Below the pieces are notes generated by a model, which saw only the letters and a list, made by a program, of their open reading frames with translations, made no database searches and was not told where the DNA came from. This document shows, in pieces, positions 55,111 through 64,000 of a stretch of DNA of 64,000 nucleotides. The position numbers and the translations under genes were made by a program. The first letter of the stretch is position 1, and each line of letters opens with the position of its first letter. Source of the stretch: Eledone cirrhosa (lineage: Eukaryota); NCBI GenBank assembly GCA_964016885.1, contig CAXHJY010001472.1, positions 682,001 to 746,000 of the forward strand, read 5' to 3'.

Positions 55111-58100
55111 GACGGCTGGAAATTATCTCCCCTTGGACGGCTGGAAATTATCTCCCCTTGGACGGCTAGAAATTATCTCCCCTTGATTTTTTTTACAAAT
55201 TATCTCCCCTTGATTTTTTTTTATAAATTATCTCCCCCTGATTTTTTTTACAAATTATCTTACCTTGGACGGCTGGAAATTATCTCCCCTTGGAAGGATG
55301 GAAATTATCTCCCCTTGGACGGCTGGAAATTATCTCCCCTTGCACGGCTGGAAATTATCTCCCCTTGGACAGCTGGAAATTATCTGCCCTTGATTTTTTT
55401 TTACAAATTATCTCCCCCTGATTTTTTTTTACAAATTATCTCCCCCTGATTTTTTTTTTACAAATTATCTCCGCCTGATTTTTTTTTAAAATTATCTCCC
55501 CTTGGACGGCTGGAAATTATCTCCCCTTGGACGGCTGGAAATTATCTTCCCTTGGACGGCTAGAAATTACCTCTCCTTGGACGGCTGAAAATTATCTCCC
55601 CTTGGACGGCTGGAAATTATCTCCCCTTGATTTTTTTACAAATTATCTGCCCCTGATTTTTTTTTACAAATTATCTCCCCCTGATTTTTTTTTACAAATT
55701 ATCTCCCCCTGATTTTTTTTTACTAATTATCTCCCCCTGATTTTTTTTTTACAAATTATCTCCCCCTGATTTTTTTACAAATTATCTCCCCCTGATTTTT
55801 TTTACAATCTCCGCCTGATTTTTTAAAAAATTATCTTCCCTTGGCTGGCGGGAAATTATCTCCCCTTGGACGGTTGGAAATTATCTCCCCTTGGCTGGAA
55901 ATTACCTCCCCTTGGACACTGGAAATTATAGCCCCTTGGAGGGCTGGAAATTATCTTCCCTTGGACGGCTGGAAATTATCTCCCCTTGATTTTTTTACAA
56001 ATTATCTGCCCCTGATTTTTTTTTTACAAATTATCTCCCCCTGATTTTTTTTTACAAATTATCTACCCCTGATTTTTTTTACAAATTATCTCCCCCTGAT
56101 TTTTTTTTTACAAATTATCTCCCCCTGATTTTTTTAAAAATGATCTCCCCTTGGACGGCTGGAAATGATCTCCCCTTGGCTGGTTGGAAATTATCTCCCC
56201 TTGGACCGCTAGAAATTATCTCTCCTTGGACGGCTGGAAATTATTTCCCCTTGATTTTTTTTACAAATCTCCCCCTAATTTAAAAAAAAATTATCTCCCC
56301 TTCGCTGGCTGGAAATTATCTCCCTTTGGACGGCTGGAAATTATAGCCCCTTGTAGGGCTGGAAATTATCTCCCCTTGGACGGCTGGAAATTATCTCCCC
56401 TTGATTTTTTTTACAAATTATCTCCCCCTGATTTTTTTAAAAATGATCTCCCCTTGGACGGCTGGAAATGATCTCCCCTTGGCTGGTTGGAAATTATCTC
56501 CCCTTGGACCGCTAGAAATTATCTCTCCTTGGATGGCTGGAAATTATCTCCCCTTGATTTTTTTACAAATTATCTCCCCCTGATTTTTTTTACAAATTAT
56601 CTCCGCCTGATTTTTTTTAAAAAATTATCTCCCCTTGGACGGCTGGAAATTATCTCCCCTTGGACGGCTGGAAATTATCTCCCCTTGGACGGCTAGAAAT
56701 TACCTCTCCTTGGACGGCTGAAAATTATCTCCCCTTGGACGGCTGCAAATTATCTCCCCTTGATTTTTTTTACAAATTATCTCCCCTTGATTTTTTTTTA
56801 CAAATTATCTCCCCCTGATTTTTTTTACAAATTATCTTCCCTTGGACGGCTGGAAATTATCTCCGCTTGGAAGGATGGAAATTATCTCCCCTTGGACGGC
56901 TGGAAATTATCTCCCCTTGCACGGCTGGAAATTATCTCCCCTTGGACAGCTGGAAATTATCTGCCCTTGATTTTGTTTTTACAAATTATCTCCCCCTGAT
57001 TTTATTTACAAATTATCTCCACCTGATTTTTTTAAAAATTATCTACCCTTGGACGGCTGGAAATTATCTCCCCTTGGCTGGAAATTATCTCCCCTTGGAC
57101 GGCTAGAAATTATCTCTCTTTGGACGGCTGGAAATTATCTCCCTTTGATTTTTTAACAAATTATCTCCCTCTGATTTTTTTTACAAATCTCCCCCTGATT
57201 TTTTTACAAATTATCTCCCCCTGATTTTTTTTACAATCTCCGCCTGATTTTTTAAAAAATTATCTTCCCTTGGCTGGCGGGAAATTATCTCCCCTTGGAC
57301 GGCTGGAAATTTTCTCCCCTTGGCTGGAAATTATCTCCCCTTGGACACTGGAAATTATAGCCCCTTGGAGGGCTGGAAATTATCTTCCCTTGGACGGCTG
57401 GAAATTATCTCCCCTTGATTTTTTTACAAATTATCTGCCCCTGATTTTTTTTTACAAATTATCTCCCCCTGATTTTTTTTTACAAATTATCTACCCCTGA
57501 TTTTTTTTACAAATTATCTCCCCCTGATTTTTTTTTTACAAATTATCTCCCCCTGATTTTTTTAAAAATGATCTCCCCTTGGACGGCTGGAAATGATCTC
57601 CCCTTGGCTGGTTGGAAATTATCTCCCCTTGGACCGCTAGAAATTATCTCTCCTTGGACGGCTGGAAATTATTTCCCCTTGATTTTTTTTACAAATCTCC
57701 CCCTAATTTAAAAAAAAATTATCTCCCCTTCGCTGGCTGGAAATTATCTCCCTTTGGACGGCTGGAAATTATAGCCCCTTGTAGGGCTGGAAATTATCTC
57801 CCCTTGGACGGCTGGAAATTATCTCCCCTTGATTTTTTTTACAAAATATCTCCCCCTGATTTTTTTAAAAATGATCTCCCCTTGGACGGCTGGAAATGAT
57901 CTCCCCTTGGCTGGTTGGAAATTATCTCCCCTTGGACCGCTAGAAATTATCTCTCCTTGGATGGCTGGAAATTATCTCCCCTTGATTTTTCTACAAATTA
58001 TCTCCCCCTGATTTTTTTTACAAATCTCCCAGTGATTTTTAAAAAAAATTTTCTCCCCTTCGCTGGCTGGAAATTATCTCCCCTTGGACGCTGGAAATTA

Positions 58101-61100
58101 TAGCCCCTTGGAAGGCTGGAAATTATCTTCCCATGGACGGCTGGAAATTATCTCCCCTTGATTTTTTTTTACAAATTATCTCCCCCTGATTTTTTTTTTA
58201 CAAATTATCTCCCCCTGATTTTTTTTAACAAATTATTTCCGCCTGATTTTTTTAAAAAAATTATCTCCCCTTGGACGGCTGGAAATTATCTCCCCTTGGA
58301 CGGCTGGAAATTATCTCCCCTTGGACGGCTAGAAATTACCTCTCCTTGGACGGCTGAAAATTATCTCCCCTTGGACGGCTGCAAATTATCTCCCCTTGAT
58401 TTTTTTTACAAATTATCTCCCCTTGATTTTTTTTTATAAATTATCTCCCCCTGATTTTTTTTACAAATTATCTTCCCTTGGACGGCTGGAAATTATCTCC
58501 CCTTGGAAGGATGGAAATTATCTCCCCTTGGACGGCTGGAAATTATCTCCCCTTGCACGGCTGGAAATTATCTCCCCTTGGACAGCTGGAAATTATCTGC
58601 CCTTGATTTTTTTTTACAAATTATCTCCCCCTGATTTTTTTTTACAAATTATCTCCCCCTGATTTTTTTTTTACAAATTATCTCCGCCTGATTTTTTTTT
58701 AAAATTATCTCCCCTTGGACGGCTGAAAATTATCTCCCCTTGGACGGCTGGAAATTATCTTCCCTTGGACGGCTAGAAATTACCTCTCCTTGGACGGCTG
58801 AAAATTATCTCCCCTTGGACGGCTGGAAATTATCTCCCCTTGATTTTTTTACAAATTATCTGCCCCTGATTTTTTTTTACAAATTATCTCCCCCTGATTT
58901 TTTTTTACAAATTATCTCCCCCTGATTTTTTTTTACAAATTATCTCCCCCTGATTTTTTTTTTACAAATTATCTCCCCCTGATTTTTTTACAAATTATCT
59001 CCCCCTGATTTTTTTTACAATCTCCGCCTGATTTTTTAAAAAATTATCTTCCCTTGGCTGGCGGGAAATTATCTCCCCTTGGACGGCTGGAAATTATCTC
59101 CCCTTGGCTGGAAATTATCTCCCCTTGGACACTGGAAATTATAGCCCCTTGGAGGGCTGGAAATTATCTTCCCTTGGACGGCTGGAAATTATCTCCCCTT
59201 GATTTTTTTACAAATTATCTGCCCCTGATTTTTTTTTTACAAATTATCTCCCCCTGATTTTTTTTTTACAAATTATCTACCCCTGATTTTTTTTACAAAT
59301 TATCTCCCCCTGATTTTTTTTTTACAAATTATCTCCCCCTGATTTTTTTAAAAATGATCTCCCCTTGGACGGCTGGAAATGATCTCCCCTTGGCTGGTTG
59401 GAAATTATCTCCCCTTGGACCGCTAGAAATTATCTCTCCTTGGACGGCTGGAAATTATTTCCCCTTGATTTTTATTACAAATCTCCCCCTAATTTAAAAA
59501 AAAATTATCTCCCCTTCGCTGGCTGGAAATTATCTCCCTTTGGAAGGCTGGAAATTATAGCCCCTTGTAGGGCTGGAAATTATCTCCCCTTGGACGGCTG
59601 GAAATTATCTCCCCTTGATTTTTTTTACAAATTATCTCCCCCTGATTTTTTTAAAAATGATCTCCCCTTGGACGGCTGGAAATGATCTCCCCTTGGCTGG
59701 TTGGAAATTATCTCCCCTTGGACCGCTAGAAATTATCTCTCCTTGGATGGCTGGAAATTATCTCCCCTTGATTTTTTTACAAATTATCTCCCCCTGATTT
59801 TTTTTACAAATCTCCCAGTGATTTTTAAAAAAAATTTTCTCCCCTTCGCTGGCTGGAAATTATCTCCCCTTGGACGCTGGAAATTATAGCCCCTTGGAAG
59901 GCTGGAAATTATCTTCCCTTGGACGGCTGGAAATTATCTCCCCTTGATTTTTTTTTACAAATTATCTCCCCCTGATTTTTTTTTTACAAATTATCTCCCC
60001 CTGATTTTTTTTAACAAATTATCTCCGCCTGATTTTTTTAAAAAAATTATCTCCCCTTGGACGGCTGGAAATTATCTCCCCTTGGACGGCTGGAAATTAT
60101 CTCCCCTTGGACGGCTAGAAATTACCTCTCCTTGGACGGCTGAAAATTATCTCCCCTTGGACGGCTGCAAATTATCTCCCCTTGATTTTTTTTACAAATT
60201 ATCTCCCCTTGATTTTTTTTTACAAATTATCTCCCCCTGATTTTTTTTACAAATTATCTTCCCTTGGACGGCAGGAAATTATCTCCCCTTGGAAGGATGG
60301 AAATTATCTCCCCTTGGACGGCTGGAAATTATCTCCCCTTGCACGGCTGGAAATTATCTCCCCTTGGACAGCTGGAAATTATCTGCCCTTGATTTTGTTT
60401 TTACAAATTATCTCCCCCTGATTTTTTTTACAAATTATCTCCACCTGATTTTTTTAAAAATTATCTCCCCTTGGACGGCTGGAAATTATCTCCCCTTGGC
60501 TGGAAATTATCTCCCCTTGGACGGCTAGAAATTATCTCTCTTTGGACGGCTGGAAATTATCTCCCTTTGATTTTTTTAACAAATTATCTCCCTCTGATTT
60601 TTTTTACAAATCTCCCCCTGATTTTTTTAAAAAAATTATCTCCCCTTCGCTGGCTGGAAATTATCTCCCCTTGGACACTGGAAATTATAGCCCCCTGGAG
60701 GGCTGGAAATTATCTTCCCTTGGACGGCTGGAAATTATCTCCCCTTGATTTTTTTACAAATTATCTCCCCCTGATTTTTTTTTACAAATTATCTCCCCCT
60801 GATTTTTTTTACAAATTATCTCCCCCTGATTTTTTTTTACAAATTATCTCCCCCTGATATTTTTTTTACAAATTATCTCCGCCTGATTTTTTTAAAAAAA
60901 TTATCTCCCCTTGGACGGCTGGAAATTATCTCCCCTTGGACGGCTGGAAATTATCTCCCCTTGGACGGCTAGAAATTACCTCTCCTTGGACGGCTGAAAA
61001 TTATCTCCCCTTGGACGGCTGCAAATTATCTCCCCTTGATTTTTTTTACAAATTATCTCCCCCTGATTTTTTTTTACAAATTATCTCCCCCTGATTTTTT

Positions 61101-64000
61101 TTTTACAAATCTCCGCCTGATTTTTAAAAAAAATTATCTCCCCTTGGACGGCTGGAAATTATCTCCCCTTGGACGGCTGGAAATTATCTTCCCTTGGACG
61201 GCTAGAAATTACCTCTCCTTGGACGGCTGAAAATTATCTCCCCTTGGACGGCTGGAAATTATCTCCCCTTGATTTTTTTACAAATTATCTGCCCCTGATT
61301 CTTTTTTTACAAATTATCTCCCCCTGATTTTTTTAAAAATGATCTCCCCTTGGACGGCTGGAAATGATCTCCCCTTGGCTGGTTGGAAATTATCTCCCCT
61401 TGGACCGCTAGAAATAATCTCTCCTTGGACGGCTGGAAATTATCTCCCCTTGATTTTTTTTACAAATCTCCCCCTAATTTAAAAAAAAATTATCTCCCCT
61501 TCGCTGGCTGGAAATTATCTCTCTTTGGACGGCTGGAAATTATAGCCCCTTGTAGGGCTGGAAATTATCTCCCCTTGGACGGCTGGAAATTATCTCCCCT
61601 TGATTTTTTTTACAAATTATCTCCCCCTGACTTTTTTAAAAATGATCTCCCCTTGGACGGCTGGAAATGATCTCCCCTTGGCTGGTTGGAAATTTTCTCC
61701 CCTTGGACCGCTAGAAATTATCTCTCCTTGGACGGCTGGAAATTATCTCCCCTTGATTTTTTTACAAATTATCTCCCCCTGATTTTTTTTACAAATCTCC
61801 CAGTGATTTTTTAAAAAAATTATCTCCCCTTCGCTGGCTGGAAATTATCTCCCCTTGGACGCTGGAAATTATAGCCCCTTGGAGGGCTGGAAATTATCTT
61901 CCCTTGGACGGCTGGAAATTATCTCCCCTTGATTTTTTTTACAAATTATCTCCCCCTGATTTTTTTTTACAAATTATCTCCCCCTGATTTTTTTTACAAA
62001 TTATCTCCCCCTGATTTTTTTTAACAAATTATCTCCCCTTGGACGGCTGGAAATTATCTCCCCTTGGACGGCTGGAAATTATCTCCCCTTGGATGGCTAG
62101 AAATTACCTCTCCTTGGACAGCTAAAAATTATCTCCCCTTGGACGACTGCAAATTATCTCCCCTTGATTTTTTTTACAAATTATCTCCCCCTGATTTTTT
62201 TTTACAAATTATCTCCCCCTGATTTTTTTTACAAAATATCTCCCCCTGATTTTTTTACAAATTATCTCCCCCTGATTTTTTTTACAATCTCCGCCTGATT
62301 TTTTTAAAAATTATCTTGCCTTGGCTGGCTGGAAATTATCTCCCCTTGGACGGCTGGAAATTATCTCCCCTTGGAAGGATGGAAATTATCTCCCCTTGGA
62401 CGGCTGGAAATTATCTCCCCTTGCACGGCTGGAAATTATCTCCCCTTGGACAGCTGGAAATTATCTGCCCTTGATTTTGTTTTTACAAATTATGTTCCCC
62501 TGATTTTTTTTACAAATTATCTCCACCTGATTTTTTAAAAAATTATCTCCCCTTGGACGGCTGGAAATTATCTCCCCTTGGTTGGAAATTATCTCCCCTT
62601 GGACGGCTAGAAATTATCTCTGTTTGGAATGCTGGAAATTATCTCCCCTTGGACGACTGCAAATTATCTCCCCTTGATTTTTTTTACAAATTATCTCCCC
62701 CTGATTTTTTTTTACAAATTATCTCCCCCTGATTTTTTTTACAAAATATCTCCCCCTGATTTTTTTACAAATTATCTCCCCCTGATTTTTTTTACAATCT
62801 CCGCCTGATTTTTTTAAAAATTATCTTGCCTTGGCTGGCTGGAAATTATCTCCCCTTGGACGGCTGGAAATTATCTCCCCTTGGAAGGATGGAAATTATC
62901 TCCCCTTGGACGGCTGGAAATTATCTCCCCTTGCACGGCTGGAAATTATCTCCCCTTGGACAGCTGGAAATTATCTGCCCTTGATTTTGTTTTTACAAAT
63001 TATGTTCCCCTGATTTTTTTTACAAATTATCTCCACCTGATTTTTTAAAAAATTATCTCCCCTTGGACGGCTGGAAATTATCTCCCCTTGGTTGGAAATT
63101 ATCTCCCCTTGGACGGCTAGAAATTATCTCTGTTTGGACGGCTGGAAATTATCTCCCTTTGATTTTTTTAACAAATTATCTCCCTCTGATTTTTTTTACA
63201 AATCTCCCCCTGATTTTTTTAAAAAAATTATCTCCCCTTCGCTGGCTGGAAATTATCTCCCCTTGGACACTGGAAATTATAGCCCCCTGGAGGGCTGGAA
63301 ATTATCTTCCCTTGGACGGCTGGAAATTATCTCCCCTTGATTTTTTTTACAAATTATCTCCCCCTGATTTTTTTTTTACAAATTATCTCCCCCTGATTTT
63401 TTTTAACAAATTATCTCCGCCTGATTTTTTTAAAAAAATTATCTCCCCTTGGACGGCTGGAAATTATCTCCCCTTGGACGGCTGGAAATTATCTCCCCTT
63501 GGACGGCTAGAAATTACCTCTCCTTGGACGGCTGAAAATTATCTCCCCTTGGACGGCTGCAAATTATCTCCCTTGGATTTTTTTTACAAATTATCTCCCC
63601 TTGATTTTTTTTTATAAATTATCTCCCCCTGATTTTTTTTACAAATTATCTTCCCTTGGACGGCTGGAAATTATCTCCCCTTGGAAGGATGGAAATTATC
63701 TCCCCTTGGACGGCTGGAATTTATCTCCCCTTGCACGGCTGGAAATTATCTCCCCTTGGACAGCTGGAAATTATCTGCCCTTGATTTTTTTTTTACAAAT
63801 TATCTCCCCCTGATTTTTTTTTACAAATTATCTCCCCCTGATTTTTTTTTTACAAATTATCTCCGCCTGATTTTTTTTTAAAATTATCTCCCCTTGGACG
63901 GCTGGAAATTATCTCCCCTTGGACGGCTGGAAATTATCTTCCCTTGGACGGCTAGAAATTACCTCTCCTTGGACGGCTGAAAATTATCTCCCCTTGGACG
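55110..64000 (+). repeat. Macro-repeat, partial copy 3, truncated by the window end
   Basis: The offset to copy 1 is constant at 38,382, from 16726/55108 through 25299/63681. Confidence 0.9.

Larger units (their letters stand above)
1..64000 (+). repeat. Two-monomer tandem satellite array: 25-bp type A (GGAAATTATCTCCCCTTGGACGGCT) interspersed with ~26-30-bp type B (ACAAATTATCTCCCCCTGA(T)7-11), extending past both window edges
   Basis: The core AAATTATCTCCCC(T/C)TG or a close variant recurs every ~21-30 bp from the first to the last line, always in the same orientation. No unique sequence was seen. Confidence 0.99.

Noticed and set aside
119-63881. The many plus-strand ORFs (60-184 aa) with WKLSPLGRLEIISP / NYLPLIFF / YKLSPPDFF repeats
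   Set aside because: The 25-bp A monomer has no plus-strand stop in any frame and is not a multiple of 3, so translation cycles through three frames. Starts are mostly TTG, ORFs overlap in all frames, and their ends depend on T-tract length. There is no recognisable domain.
1-64000. CRISPR-like repeat-spacer appearance
   Set aside because: The constant part is only ~16 bp, the 'spacers' are ~5-14 bp and essentially of two recurring types instead of unique, and there is no leader or cas gene.
1-64000. Telomerase-type telomeric repeat
   Set aside because: There is no TTAGGG, TTAGG or TTTAGGG-like unit and no match that I recognise to long yeast telomeric repeats. kb-scale HORs with inherited variants point to recombinational amplification and not templated addition.
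1-64000. Embedded transposon, inversion or unique island
   Set aside because: Reading through the window I found no non-satellite segment, terminal repeats or reverse-orientation monomers. A very short insertion could have been missed by eye.

Overview
All 64 kb is one uninterrupted, single-orientation tandem satellite array. I find no credible genes, RNA genes, CRISPR array or transposon. Every monomer has a ~16-bp core, AAATTATCTCCCC(T/C)TG, plus one of two short linkers. Type A is the GC-rich GACGGCTGG (25-bp monomer GGAAATTATCTCCCCTTGGACGGCT). Type B is the T-tract A(T)7-11AC (~26-30-bp monomer ACAAATTATCTCCCCCTGATTTTTTTT). A and B occur in short alternating runs with stereotyped junction monomers, roughly 2,400-2,500 monomers in total (estimate from 64 kb / ~26 bp). 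Offsets between identical ORF-track entries and rare variant monomers show nested higher-order structure: a 303-bp sub-repeat, 444- and 510-bp local duplications, a ~1,785-bp higher-order repeat (HOR), a 9-10 kb block duplication at the left end, and a ~19.1-19.2 kb macro-repeat in about 2.5 copies. All listed ORFs are translation by-products of the repeat. The architecture resembles eukaryotic centromeric, pericentromeric or subtelomeric satellite, but neither organism nor function can be established from the sequence, and I do not recognise the family. Block boundaries are approximate, to about one monomer or more.
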